Shown here piece after piece: positions 20,218 to 30,390 of a DNA stretch of 64,000 bases. How positions within the stretch are numbered: position 1 is the first letter of the stretch; each line of letters begins with the position of its first letter. The stretch covers positions 864,001 to 928,000 of the forward strand of contig CAVQNG010000025.1 of NCBI GenBank assembly GCA_963713825.1, in the 5' to 3' direction. Source of the stretch: an uncultured Acidobacteriota bacterium (GTDB taxonomy: Bacteria; Acidobacteriota; Thermoanaerobaculia; Multivoradales; JAHEKO01). The notes beneath the pieces are model-generated. The model was not told the DNA's origin. It saw only the letters and a program-made list of their open reading frames with translations, and ran no database searches. Both the position numbers and the translations under genes were made by a program.

Positions 20218-21971
20218 GGAAGCGGGAATTCCGACTCCGGTCGTGTTTCGCGCTGGCTTGCGTCATCGGCTTCGGACTCTCGTCCGTGGCTTCGGCAGCG
20301 AGTGTAGTGGCGACGATCGACCGCCCCGAGGCGACGGTCGAAGATCAGCTACTGCTGACGGTCGTCATCGAGGGCTCCAGAGGGGCTCAACCAGAACTGC
20401 CAGAGATGCCGGAGTTCGATGTCCACTCGCGCGGTCAATCGACCCAAATGAGCTTCATCAACGGCCGCATGAGCTCGAGTGTCACCTTCACCTACCTGTT
20501 GGTCCCGAAGGCGACGGGCGTTTTTCAGATTGGCACAGTGACATCGGAGATCGATGGCGAGGTGGTGGCCAGCCAGCCCATCGAGGTGCGAATCCTCGCC
20601 GCCTCCGCGCAGCCACAGCAGCAGCGTGATCTCTTCATCACCTCTCGCGTATCGACCACCAACCCGTTTGTCGGCCAGGAAGTGATCTACATCTGGCGGT
20701 TCTACCGGCGCGTGCGGATCGGCGATGCTCGACTCGAGCCCCTGGAGTTCCATGGTTTCCTGGTAGAGGACCTGGGCGAGGTGCGCGAGTACCAGACCAC
20801 CGTCAACGGTGTGGAGTATCTGGTCAGTGAGATCCGCAAGGCACTGTTTCCTCAAGAGGTCGGCTCGTCAGTCATTCCTGCCTCGCGGCTGACATGTGAG
20901 GTCCTGGTCCGTGACTCGCGGCGCAGAAGAAGCCTGATGGACGATTTCTTCGGTGCGGCCTCGACGGAAACCAAGGTATTGCGCAGTGCCCAGATCGACA
21001 TCGAGGTGCGGCCCCTGCCGCCACCACCGGCTGGATTCTCGGGCCTGGTCGGGAGCTTCGCCATCGACGCTGCGATGAGCAAGCAGCAGCTCAAGGTCGG
21101 AGAATCGGCGACTCTGCGTCTGACGGTGAGCGGCAATGGCAACGTCCAGCTGATCAGCGAGCCCGAGCTTGCAGACCTTCCCACTTTCAAGATCTATGGG
21201 GACCAGCCTGAACGGTCGATCAACCGCAGCGGTCGCTCGCTCACGGGATCCCGCTCATTCAGCAAGGCCTTGGTTCCGCTGGAGTCCGGGAACTGGGTCA
21301 TTCCCCCTGTCGAGATTCTCTATTTCGATCCCGAGACGGCAGATTTTCAGACAGCTTCCACTGCGGAGATCGCCCTGAGCGTCTCCCCGGGGGAAGGTGC
21401 AGAAGACCTCCACCTGACGGAATCCATCGCTCCCAGCACGGGCAAGGTCGCGGTCCGTATCCTGGCAGATGACATCCTGCCCATCTACGGCGAACTGGAT
21501 GCCGTCTCGAGGCCTGCCAATTCTCGCCGCTCGACGGGTCTCTTTCTTCTCGGGATGGTCCTGCCGATCGGTCTCTACTTTTCGGCTCGATCCATTCAGC
21601 GGCACCGCTGGAGGTTGGAGCACGACGTGGCTTTTCAACGCCACCGGGTGGCCTTCAGACGAGCCCGGAAACAGCTCCAGAAGCTCTCTGCAATGGATGG
21701 CGATCAGGGGCAGCTGGGCCAGTCCACATCGCTGTGCTTGCGTCAGTACATCGGCGACAAGCTGGGGCTGGAGGGCGCCGCCCTGACGCCCGAAGAGCTG
21801 CACGATCTGCTGAGCGCAGAAGGTGTGAGTGAGGACTTGGCTGTCGAGACCCACGAGCTCCTGGAACGGCTGGAAGCAGCCCAGTTCGGAGCGGCCTCCC
21901 TCGAAGCCGGCAGCCTAAATCAACAGGCCACTCTCCTGCTCAAACGGCTGGAAGGAGAGCTCAAGAAATGA
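20214..21971 (+). CDS. batD: BatD oxygen-tolerance protein
   Basis: Signal peptide, SFINGRMSSS, PFVGQEV, FSGLVGSF, VSGNGN, YFDPET, C-terminal TM. Confidence 0.9.
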   Translation: MRKREFRLRSCFALACVIGFGLSSVASAASVVATIDRPEATVEDQLLLTVVIEGSRGAQPELPEMPEFDVHSRGQSTQMSFINGRMSSSVTFTYLLVPKATGVFQIGTVTSEIDGEVVASQPIEVRILAASAQPQQQRDLFITSRVSTTNPFVGQEVIYIWRFYRRVRIGDARLEPLEFHGFLVEDLGEVREYQTTVNGVEYLVSEIRKALFPQEVGSSVIPASRLTCEVLVRDSRRRRSLMDDFFGAASTETKVLRSAQIDIEVRPLPPPPAGFSGLVGSFAIDAAMSKQQLKVGESATLRLTVSGNGNVQLISEPELADLPTFKIYGDQPERSINRSGRSLTGSRSFSKALVPLESGNWVIPPVEILYFDPETADFQTASTAEIALSVSPGEGAEDLHLTESIAPSTGKVAVRILADDILPIYGELDAVSRPANSRRSTGLFLLGMVLPIGLYFSARSIQRHRWRLEHDVAFQRHRVAFRRARKQLQKLSAMDGDQGQLGQSTSLCLRQYIGDKLGLEGAALTPEELHDLLSAEGVSEDLAVETHELLERLEAAQFGAASLEAGSLNQQATLLLKRLEGELKK

Positions 21972-22843
21972 GCCGTTGGCAAATCTCGAGCTTGGTCGGA
22001 TGGGTGATGCTGGTCCTTCACCCTGCCGGTTCCTACGCAGCGCAAGTGGAGCCTGCGAAAGAGGCTCCCGTCGGGATTGCTGAAGTGAAGACCTCTCCGG
22101 ATAGAGTCTCGATGGAGCAGCCGCCGGTCGAGCTACACGGTGGGCTCTCTCGAGCACTGGCGGCAGAGATCTTCTTGAACGCGAATGCTGCCTACGAAGA
22201 GAGCGACTATGCGACAGCGGCAGCGGGTTACGAACGACTGGTGAGAGAGGGTTTCGACGATGGAAGGGTCCAGTTCAACCTGGGCAACGCGCTGCTGCGT
22301 AGGGGCGAGCTCGGTAGAGCCATTGCTTCCTATCGGAGAAGTCAGGCCGCAAGGCCTCGAGACGAGGATGTCCGGGCGAACTTGGACTTCGCTCGCCAGA
22401 GCACCAAGGATGCGATTGCTCCTCCAGAACCGTCGGAAGTCCTCTCGACCCTCTTCTTCTGGCACTTCCGCCTCAGTAATCGAGATCTCGTCTTCGTCTT
22501 GTTGGCTGTCAACCTGGTCTTCTGGGCCGTTCTCGGTCTCGGATTGATATGGCCGGGTCGGGAGCTGATCCGGTGGACCTCTTTCACTCTCCTGCTGGTT
22601 CTCCTGACCCTGGCGATCTCGCTATTCGTACACCTTTTCTTGGATCGACCTGTGGCGGTCATCGTGCCCCAGGAGGTTGCCGCTCACACGGCTCCGGATG
22701 AGACGTCGGTGATTCGCTTCAAGCTGCACGCGGGTACCGAGCTACGGGTTCAGGACGAGCGACAAGGCTGGGTCCGCGTCAGCCTGCCGGACGGGCAACA
22801 GGGATGGGTCGGCGAGGAGTGGGTCGAGCTGGTGTACCGCTGA
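21968..22843 (+). CDS. batE: BatE TPR + SH3b protein
   Basis: ANAAY...FNLGNA...GRAIASY...DVRANL TPR, two TM helices, then LHAGTEL...GWV SH3-like domain. Confidence 0.88.
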   Translation: MSRWQISSLVGWVMLVLHPAGSYAAQVEPAKEAPVGIAEVKTSPDRVSMEQPPVELHGGLSRALAAEIFLNANAAYEESDYATAAAGYERLVREGFDDGRVQFNLGNALLRRGELGRAIASYRRSQAARPRDEDVRANLDFARQSTKDAIAPPEPSEVLSTLFFWHFRLSNRDLVFVLLAVNLVFWAVLGLGLIWPGRELIRWTSFTLLLVLLTLAISLFVHLFLDRPVAVIVPQEVAAHTAPDETSVIRFKLHAGTELRVQDERQGWVRVSLPDGQQGWVGEEWVELVYR

Positions 22844-22859
22844 CGGGGAGCCGCTGGGG

Positions 22860-24593
22860 TCAGCGGAGTTGCAGGCTTGCTTCGTACATCTTCCCGTCGC
22901 GTAGGTACTGCAGGTCCAAGGTTTCCCCTGGCGGGCTCCGCTTCAGGTACTCGAAGAAGTCCTTGTCGCTCAGTAGTCCGTAGTGGCCGAGCCAGAGGAT
23001 GAGATCTCCCTTTCTCAGGCCGGCCCGGGCAGCTGGGCTCTTCTTGTTCACATTGTCGACCAGAGCCCCGCGAAGGTTCAGCTTCTTGTAGTTCAACTCC
23101 ACGAAGCGCAGGCCGATCTTCTTCGGTGGTATCGGTTTGCTGCGCCCCCGGGGCGCGGCCTTCGAGCCAGAGGCAATGGCCCGCTCGTTCGCCAGGCGAC
23201 CTCTCACAGTCTGCAGATTTCTGCGTGCTGCTGCGGAATCGGGATCGAGACTGAGCGCTCGGGTGTAGGCTGCTTCGGCTGGTTGCAGTGCTTTGGTCGC
23301 CACCAGGACGTGGCCGAGGTCGAGGAAGAGGTCGGCTCGAGTCGGTTCGAGTGAAGTGGCTCGATCGAGGCTCGTTGCCGCCGTTTCGAGATCACCGGCC
23401 GCCTGTTGGGCGAGGCCCAGAATGTGCCATGCCTCGGCATCACTCGGGTCCCATTGCACAGCTCGACTAGCGGACTCGATGGCAGCGTCGTAGCTGCCCT
23501 GCTGGTAGAGGATCGAGGCGACCTGGACCGCGGCGGGCGCGGCTTCCTTCTGGCTGTTTTCAGGATCGGCTTCGATCGCCCTCCGAAAGGTCAGGTTCGC
23601 CTGCTCGAGAGATCCAAGTTGGAACTGGGCGTGACCCAGGCTCGCCCAGAGTGCGGCGTTCCTGGGATGAAGCTCGAGGCTCCTGGTCAGCAGGTCGACA
23701 GCCTCGGGACCGCGGGCGCTATCGGTCAGCGCGCCAGCCAGGTCCATGGCCAGTGCAGTGTCCTCCGGGTCGAGCTTGAAGGCTGTCTGCAGTGCTTTTG
23801 TGGCCGCGGGATGGTTGCCCTGCTCTTGGCGCACAAGTCCCAGGTTCTTCCAGGCCAGGACGTCGTCCGGCTGGACGCGGGTGGCCTCGAGAAAGGCCTC
23901 CTCGGCATCCTGCCATTCACCCTGGTTGAAAAAGAGGACGCCGATGCTGGTTTGGGCTTTGGCCCGCAGACCCGTGGCACCGGCAGAAGTGTCGTTGAAG
24001 GTGATCGAGGCGACCCGCTCGAAGCCGGTCATGGCCTGGTCTTCAGCACCCTGCCTGAGGTCCAGTAGAGCGAGGTTGTAGATCGCTATGGCATTGTCGG
24101 GAGTCAGATCCAAGGCCTCCTGAAGGCGCTGCCGAGCCAGGGAGTCCTGATTTGCCTCCATGGCGACGAGACCTTCCTGGATCTTCTGCGCGGCCTGTCG
24201 TTGGTGCCTCCTGTCTACCTCTTCCAGGGCCCTCTGATACAGCACTTCAAAGTCGCGGTTGTAGTGGCTGGCGTCGAAGGGATACTGCGGATCGATCACC
24301 AGCGCCTGGGTAAGAGAGTCGAGGGCGGGGAGATTCTGCTGTTGGAGATGCTGGAGCCAGGCGGCCGTGACGAAAGCTCGTGCCCTGGCCTCCTCCGACA
24401 GCTCGACCTGGGCGATCTCCAGGTAGAGACGGGTCGCGCCCTGCAGATCACCCTCGGCATAGCGCTCACCGGCCAACTGGTGCAGGTTGCCGACGTCGGC
24501 GCTGTCGGCAGTCTGGGCGGTACTCAGCGGCGGCAGAAGGAGCCAAAGGAAGGCGAGGAGAAGAGTCGCTGATTGGTGAGAATTGTGATCCAC
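22860..24593 (-). CDS. Secreted multi-TPR protein with C-terminal PDZ domain
   Basis: Signal peptide, many TPR repeats, PDZ motif SPAARAGLRKGDLI...LRDGK. Confidence 0.85.
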   Translation of the reverse strand: MDHNSHQSATLLLAFLWLLLPPLSTAQTADSADVGNLHQLAGERYAEGDLQGATRLYLEIAQVELSEEARARAFVTAAWLQHLQQQNLPALDSLTQALVIDPQYPFDASHYNRDFEVLYQRALEEVDRRHQRQAAQKIQEGLVAMEANQDSLARQRLQEALDLTPDNAIAIYNLALLDLRQGAEDQAMTGFERVASITFNDTSAGATGLRAKAQTSIGVLFFNQGEWQDAEEAFLEATRVQPDDVLAWKNLGLVRQEQGNHPAATKALQTAFKLDPEDTALAMDLAGALTDSARGPEAVDLLTRSLELHPRNAALWASLGHAQFQLGSLEQANLTFRRAIEADPENSQKEAAPAAVQVASILYQQGSYDAAIESASRAVQWDPSDAEAWHILGLAQQAAGDLETAATSLDRATSLEPTRADLFLDLGHVLVATKALQPAEAAYTRALSLDPDSAAARRNLQTVRGRLANERAIASGSKAAPRGRSKPIPPKKIGLRFVELNYKKLNLRGALVDNVNKKSPAARAGLRKGDLILWLGHYGLLSDKDFFEYLKRSPPGETLDLQYLRDGKMYEASLQLR

Positions 24594-24613
24594 GGGTGTC
24601 TCCCGATTCCGAT

Positions 24614-26542
24614 CTACTGGTTGTTCCCAGGTCGATTCCGAACCGATAGCTCCTGCTGGCCGGTCAGGTCGAAGGTCACGACCGTTTCCTCGCTGGGTTG
24701 AATCTGAAGCTGGGTCGTTGCCAGGGGCGCCGTGGCTCCTTCGAGAGGGTAGAGCTCGAGTCGATGAGCCCCCGGCGACAGCTTCTTGTTCCGTAGTGGG
24801 CTGCTGCCCACGAGATTGCCGTCGACGGCGACAAGACCCTGCGGCGATCCGAGGCTCGCCTGCACTGTCAGCTGGCCAGGCCGCTGAATCGGACTCCGTA
24901 GCGTCCGCTGCTCTCCCGACTCCAACTTCAGTCGGACGGTCTGTCTGGAGGAGTACTCGGGTGTGGACAGCGAAAAGACTGCCCTGTGATCCCCCGGAGG
25001 AAGCTGGAGCGAACGACCCCTCGAGAGCGCCATGGGGCGGCCGCGGTCGATCGAGACCGTGGTTTCTGGATGCCAGCTGGCGGCGAGTGTGAGCGTGGCG
25101 TCCACGATGAGCGGTACTTCGGGTTCCGGGTCCGGCTCATCGTCATGACTCGAGGCCGCGGCGTCCGTCGCGGGTTCACTGGCTCCCGGATCCTCGACTT
25201 CGGTACCGGCGGTAGGCTGCACCTCCTGAGACCCTTCCTGTCCGGCCGTGGAGGCCGAAACTGGAATGCTCTGGCTACTTGGCTCCGGCTGCGACGACGA
25301 GGCTCGAGCTTTTACCGCCCCGGTCGGTTGGGTGCTGTCGCCCGACTCTGCTACGACCAGTGAAGAGCCGGCAGGTAGTGACGGTGGCAGCTCCTCAGGC
25401 CATGGTGCTACACCGCGCATTCCGAGCCAGGCGTAGCCCGCTCCGCAGGCCGCTATGGCGAGGATGGAGATCAAGATCCTCTTGAAATTGAGCCGCCGAT
25501 TCGGAATGGCGATTCCAGTCGGGGTCCACTCATGTTGAATGACGGGGTCGAAGGCATCTCGTTCCCTGGCAGCCTGGGCGGGTATTCGACCGGGGTCGAT
25601 GCCTGTGCTCTCAGGACTCTGCAAGGGGGGCGAGGATGATTTGCGTAGGGCCGCGGTCAGGTCCCTGGAACTGGTATCGGCCTTCAGGTCCTCGCGGATG
25701 GACTCGAGAGCCTCGATGATCTCACCACAATGCGGGTAGCGTCGCCCCGGCTCCTTCTCGAGGCAGCGGAAGACCAGCTGACGCAGACCCTCGGGACACA
25801 CCGAGGGCGGAAGAGTGATCGGCCTGGGATCGTCGTTCAGAATCTCGTACAGAATGGCTGAGATCGTCTCCTGCGAGAAGGGGCGCTCGCCCGTGACCAG
25901 TTCGTAGGCAAGGACTCCGAAGGAGAAGATGTCGGTCCTGCCATCGGCCGTCTCGCCACGGATCTGTTCGGGGGCGAGATAGGCGGCTGTTCCCATCGTC
26001 GTCCCAGCCGCTGTCAAACGCGTGTCGGAGTGCTGCAACGTGGCGACGCCGAAATCCATGATCTTCGCGGTGCCATCCTCGAGGATCCGGATGTTCGCAG
26101 GCTTGATGTCCCGATGAACCACACCCTTGGAGTGGGCATACTGGAGCCCGCGAGCGATATGAATCAAATAGAGAAGTCGTTCGGGTTGAGGCACGAAGGC
26201 CCGGTTGGTGATCTTCTTGTCGAGATCTTCTCCAGACAGGAATTCCTGCACCAGAAAGGGCGTCCCCGCCTCGGTACCGAAGTCGAAGATGCGAACGATG
26301 TTGGGGTGGTCGAGCTGGCCCGCGATCTGCGCTTCACGGGTGTAGCGTTGCTTCAGCTCGTCGTCGGGCGACGTACAGGTCTTGATTGCGACGAATCGCT
26401 GAATGAGCGGGTCGAAGCCCTTGTAGACGATGCCAAAACCGCCCTCGCCGATTCGATCCACCACCTCGTACTTGCCGAGATGGGGAGGCGCGGCCGCGTT
26501 TGCGGTCGCCAATGGTCGATCTGCTTGTGGTAGCCCCTGCAA
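24614..26542 (-). CDS. Hanks-type Ser/Thr protein kinase with TM and C-terminal PEGA-like domains
   Basis: IGEGGFG, VAIK, HRDIKPAN, DFG, YLAPE, DIFSFG; TM; VAVDGNLVGSSPL...LSPGAHRL. Confidence 0.93.
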   Translation of the reverse strand: MQGLPQADRPLATANAAAPPHLGKYEVVDRIGEGGFGIVYKGFDPLIQRFVAIKTCTSPDDELKQRYTREAQIAGQLDHPNIVRIFDFGTEAGTPFLVQEFLSGEDLDKKITNRAFVPQPERLLYLIHIARGLQYAHSKGVVHRDIKPANIRILEDGTAKIMDFGVATLQHSDTRLTAAGTTMGTAAYLAPEQIRGETADGRTDIFSFGVLAYELVTGERPFSQETISAILYEILNDDPRPITLPPSVCPEGLRQLVFRCLEKEPGRRYPHCGEIIEALESIREDLKADTSSRDLTAALRKSSSPPLQSPESTGIDPGRIPAQAARERDAFDPVIQHEWTPTGIAIPNRRLNFKRILISILAIAACGAGYAWLGMRGVAPWPEELPPSLPAGSSLVVAESGDSTQPTGAVKARASSSQPEPSSQSIPVSASTAGQEGSQEVQPTAGTEVEDPGASEPATDAAASSHDDEPDPEPEVPLIVDATLTLAASWHPETTVSIDRGRPMALSRGRSLQLPPGDHRAVFSLSTPEYSSRQTVRLKLESGEQRTLRSPIQRPGQLTVQASLGSPQGLVAVDGNLVGSSPLRNKKLSPGAHRLELYPLEGATAPLATTQLQIQPSEETVVTFDLTGQQELSVRNRPGNNQ

Positions 26543-26702
26543 ATCTCACCTCCCGGCCCGTCTCAGGTGAGTCGGCCGGAAGCGCCTCCGGCGAGCGATT
26601 CAGGGACGGGTCGGCGCCTGGGTTCCGCGGCTGCGGAACCCAGGTTTCATGGTAGAGGTGGGTGGGCGTAAGTCCTATGAAATGGATCACTTCCGGCGTT
26701 TT

Positions 26703-28460
26703 TCAATAGCGCCAGCTGGTCAGGTCGGCCCCTTCTGGAGCCGATTCTTCGATGCGTTGCAGAATCCTGGGCAGGTAGAACGTGTTGTATCGCAGGCGAG
26801 ACAGGCTATTGGGGTTCTCGTGGTCGCCGTTCCAGCAGTGTTCGGCGCGGTCACCGTAGTCCACCAGGCCGCCGTAGTAGGGGTCTGTAGTGGATTCCAG
26901 GAACTCCTCCATCAGGTAGACGGCGTTGTTGAGATAGTAGTTGTCCATGTCGCCGCAATAGATGTGGATCTTGCCTTCGAGCTGCCGACCCAAGGATGCC
27001 CAGTTCTCCTCGAGCACCAGACGTAGGTCGTACTTCTTCCAGTGTTCTGCCACCTCGGGGTCGATCTCACCCGTTTGCTTGTCCCAGATGGGGGCAGGGT
27101 AGCCGTCGGCTCCAACGGGTGAATAGACTGCCTGCCAGATGTCGTATTGGTCGCCAGATCGGGAATTCGAGCCCAGGGCGAGCTCCATGAGGTTCGAGTC
27201 CTCGAGAGTCGCGTTCACCTGGCCGAGCCAGTTTCGATGCCCAGGACGGGCGACGCGGTTGAATTCGCCCTCGTCGTAGTAGGCATTCCGGTCCTCATAG
27301 ATATTGACTACCGTGTAGGCGCGAAAGTCGATCGGGTCAGGGCAGGCGGCGAAGCACCCGTTGTACTGGTCCGGATAGAACACCTGGGCGGCCAGAGCTT
27401 CCCAACCTCCGGTGGAGCCGCCGTACAGAAAGCGGGCCCAGGGCTCACCGAGTCCACGAAACTTCTCTTCGATGTAGGGGATCAACTCGTAGGTAATGGC
27501 ATCTCCGTACGGGCCTAGATTGGCGGAGTTCACAGCGTAGGAGTCGTCGTAGTAGGGATTGGCGTGCTGGATTTCGATGGCCAGAAATCTCGGAAAATCG
27601 TCTCCCTTCCATGTCTGGTAGAAGTCGAAGGCCTCCTGCTGAACGATCTTGTTGTAGCACTCGACCTGAAACCGCTCACTGTACTCGCATTCCAGATCGG
27701 GATCGGGTGGTGTCGTTCGAAAACCGCCGAAATCATCAGGAAAATGGCCGTGAAAGATCATCAGCGGATACCGCGCTTCCGCGTGCTCATCGAATCCCCT
27801 CGGCAGCAGGACATGGGCGCCGAGATACATCGGCCTGCCCCAGAACTCGGTCAACAGCTCGCTTTGAATCTTCACGTGCTTGATGTAGGCCGTGTCCTCG
27901 GGCTCCTCGATGGGAGGGATGATCTGGTCCAGAACGATCTCGATGCGACTTTCTTCGGCAGGGTCGAGGGGCATTTGAACAGGCGTGCTGTACAGGTTGC
28001 CCGGGGCACGATTCCAGTGCTGTCCCTCGCCTCGATCCATCGGTAGCTTGACGACGTGGCCGTCGGAGCGGCGAAAGGTCTCGTAGCGGTGGAGAACCGC
28101 CTGGACCCAGTAGTCACCAACCGGCAGATCTGCAAGACTCCGGATGGGGTAGCCGAAGGTTGTAGCGTCGATGATGGCCAGTGCTCCAGGGGCCAGGCCC
28201 TCGACATCGACGCCTGCGATCTGAATGGCTTCGACCCCCGCTGAGACCTGCATCCGGGGCTCGTCCGAGGCGTCTCTCGAGATCAGGAGCAAGACTCTTC
28301 CATCGAGATTCTGATCCTGCGTAGCGGCCTCGAAGCGGACCGCGAACTCCAGGGCGACGGTCGATGCAGACATGGCCAGCGAGGCGGCCATACAAGCCAG
28401 CAATATCCCCAGGGGTCGCGTTTGTAGTCGGACCTTCTTCGGGTGCAGTTGGGTAGACAT
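26703..28460 (-). CDS. Secreted alpha/beta-hydrolase (putative esterase)
   Basis: Nucleophile elbow GGSTGG, VNSANLGPYG, GDMDNYYL, EHCW; signal peptide. Confidence 0.82.
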   Translation of the reverse strand: MSTQLHPKKVRLQTRPLGILLACMAASLAMSASTVALEFAVRFEAATQDQNLDGRVLLLISRDASDEPRMQVSAGVEAIQIAGVDVEGLAPGALAIIDATTFGYPIRSLADLPVGDYWVQAVLHRYETFRRSDGHVVKLPMDRGEGQHWNRAPGNLYSTPVQMPLDPAEESRIEIVLDQIIPPIEEPEDTAYIKHVKIQSELLTEFWGRPMYLGAHVLLPRGFDEHAEARYPLMIFHGHFPDDFGGFRTTPPDPDLECEYSERFQVECYNKIVQQEAFDFYQTWKGDDFPRFLAIEIQHANPYYDDSYAVNSANLGPYGDAITYELIPYIEEKFRGLGEPWARFLYGGSTGGWEALAAQVFYPDQYNGCFAACPDPIDFRAYTVVNIYEDRNAYYDEGEFNRVARPGHRNWLGQVNATLEDSNLMELALGSNSRSGDQYDIWQAVYSPVGADGYPAPIWDKQTGEIDPEVAEHWKKYDLRLVLEENWASLGRQLEGKIHIYCGDMDNYYLNNAVYLMEEFLESTTDPYYGGLVDYGDRAEHCWNGDHENPNSLSRLRYNTFYLPRILQRIEESAPEGADLTSWRY

Positions 28461-28560
28461 GGATTCCCTCCCTTTCTACTCGAAGCGCGGCAGAGGCAGT
28501 CTATCTCGTCGCTGAGCGGGGAGATGCCGGTTTGCAGCCTGCGGGTTAGAATTGTCGACC

Positions 28561-29541
28561 ATGATGATCGCACCGCTGCCTCGGAACTCCTTCGATTCGG
28601 CCCTCGAGGGTCATGGCCTGGAGCCCTTGCGCCGTGGGCCCGTGACAACCCTGCAGGTCAATGTGGGGCTGGTCTGCAATCAGGCTTGCCACCACTGCCA
28701 TGTCGAGGCAGGCCCGACTCGGACCGAGACCATGGAGTCCGCAACGGTGGAGAGGATCGTGGAGCTTCTATCCTCCGATCCGGTGGTCGAGAACCTCGAT
28801 CTCACCGGTGGCGCGCCGGAGCTGAATCGTCATTTCAGGCCACTGGTCCAGTGGGGGCGACAGAGAGGTCTGCGCGTCATCGATCGCTGCAACCTGACCG
28901 TGCTCGAAGAGCCGGGCCAAGAAGACACAGCAGAGTTCCTGGCCGCGAACCGGGTCGAGATCGTAGCCTCCCTGCCCTGCTACCTGCAGGAGAATGTCGA
29001 TCGGCAGAGGGGCAGGGGAGTTTACGAGAAGAGCATTGCGGCTCTCAGTCGCCTCAATGCCCTGGGCTATGGCGTGTCGGGAACGGGATTGTCCTTGCAC
29101 CTGGTCTACAACCCGGGGGGCGCGAGTTTACCGCCTTCACAAGCCGATCTCGAGCCCAGCTATCGACGCGAGCTCAGATCCCGGTTCGGACTCGAGTTCA
29201 CCAATCTGCTGACCCTGACCAATATGCCCATCCGCCGCTTCGCCGATTTTCTGCAGCGGACCCAACAGCACGCTGCCTATCACTCCTTACTGGTCAACCA
29301 CTTCAACCCGGCCACTGTGGCGGAGTTGATGTGTCGGTCGCTTCTCTCTGTCGGGTACGACGGTCGACTCTACGATTGCGACTTCAATCAGATGCTGGCC
29401 CTGCCAGTGGCGCAAGGCCGCGAGACGATCTGGCAGTTGGAAAGCCTGCAGGAGGTAGAGGGCTCGCCAATTGTCACCGGCTCGCACTGCCTCGGGTGCA
29501 CAGCGGGCGCTGGTTCCAGCTGCGGCGGAGCGCTAGCCTGA
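28561..29541 (+). CDS. arsS: Arsenosugar biosynthesis-type radical SAM protein (DUF3641)
   Basis: TLQVNVGLVCNQACHHCHV, DLTGGAPELN, ASLPCY, LYDCDFNQ, HCLGCTAGAGSSCGG. Start is at 28552 or 28561. Confidence 0.9.
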   Translation: MMIAPLPRNSFDSALEGHGLEPLRRGPVTTLQVNVGLVCNQACHHCHVEAGPTRTETMESATVERIVELLSSDPVVENLDLTGGAPELNRHFRPLVQWGRQRGLRVIDRCNLTVLEEPGQEDTAEFLAANRVEIVASLPCYLQENVDRQRGRGVYEKSIAALSRLNALGYGVSGTGLSLHLVYNPGGASLPPSQADLEPSYRRELRSRFGLEFTNLLTLTNMPIRRFADFLQRTQQHAAYHSLLVNHFNPATVAELMCRSLLSVGYDGRLYDCDFNQMLALPVAQGRETIWQLESLQEVEGSPIVTGSHCLGCTAGAGSSCGGALA

Positions 29542-29562
29542 GTAGCACCCCTGCCTTCGATC

Positions 29563-29901
29563 TCAGTTGAATGACGCGATGGCTTCGTCTTCGTCTTCGA
29601 AGATCTCGAAGACGCGCGCGATCTGCGTGATGGTGAGGACATCCCGGATGTTCGAGGGCAGGCGGAGCAGCTTGATCTGTCCACCAGACTCTGTGACCTT
29701 CTTGTAGGCCGCCACCAACTCCGCCATTCCTGAGGAGTCCATCTTGCTGGCTTTCTGGAAATCCACCAGGAGACTCATCGAGCCCGCGGCGAGCGCTTCA
29801 TCGACTGCATCCCTGAAGGCAATATCTCCGATGCCGATCGTGATTTTGCCCGCCGGCTGGAGGATGGTGACGCCATCTCGGCTACGCACTGGAATCTTCA
29901 T
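29563..29901 (-). CDS. rsbV: STAS-domain anti-sigma factor antagonist
   Basis: 112 aa STAS domain with the MDSSG phosphoacceptor; overlaps the rsbW-like gene. Confidence 0.88.
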   Translation of the reverse strand: MKIPVRSRDGVTILQPAGKITIGIGDIAFRDAVDEALAAGSMSLLVDFQKASKMDSSGMAELVAAYKKVTESGGQIKLLRLPSNIRDVLTITQIARVFEIFEDEDEAIASFN

Positions 29902-30359
29902 GACTCGACCTCCTTGGAGCCTGAGTCTGAGGCAGACGACGGGAGACGTTTTTTGAGAGTCACCTGGGTCGCGCCTTGGCTGTCGAACTTGAAATCGACT
30001 TCGTCCATGAAGGCTCTCATCAGCAGAATCCCTCGGCCACTGGAATTGAACAGGTTGTCAGTGGCCAGAGGATCGGGAACCGCGTCGACGTCGAATCCAC
30101 TCCCCTCGTCTGTAATACGCAGCGCCATCACATCCTGTTTCAAATCGCAGCAGAGCTCGACCTTCTTGGTCGGGTCTTGCTTGTTGCCATGCCGCATTCC
30201 ATTGGCAACCGCCTCTCGAATGGCCAGCCCAAGTCGCTCCACCGTTTCCTCGTCGAATCCGAAATGCCGCATGGAGGCTTCCATGACAGCGTCGACGAGG
30301 TCGATGTTCTCGAAGCGACTCGCGATCGCTACCTTGATTTGAAGATCTTGTTCTGCCAT
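29898..30359 (-). CDS. rsbW: Anti-sigma factor Ser/Thr kinase (HATPase_c)
   Basis: LAIREAVANGMRHGN, ITDEGSGFD, GRGILLM; start taken at ATG 30359 (MAEQDLQ). Confidence 0.9.
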   Translation of the reverse strand: MAEQDLQIKVAIASRFENIDLVDAVMEASMRHFGFDEETVERLGLAIREAVANGMRHGNKQDPTKKVELCCDLKQDVMALRITDEGSGFDVDAVPDPLATDNLFNSSGRGILLMRAFMDEVDFKFDSQGATQVTLKKRLPSSASDSGSKEVES

Positions 30360-30390
30360 ATCAGTCAAGGTCACGAAGTGTAGCAAACGC

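Noticed and set aside
29521-29541. Possible selenocysteine read-through in arsS
   Set aside because: The relevant codon is TGC, and the TGA comes after the complete GGALA terminus.
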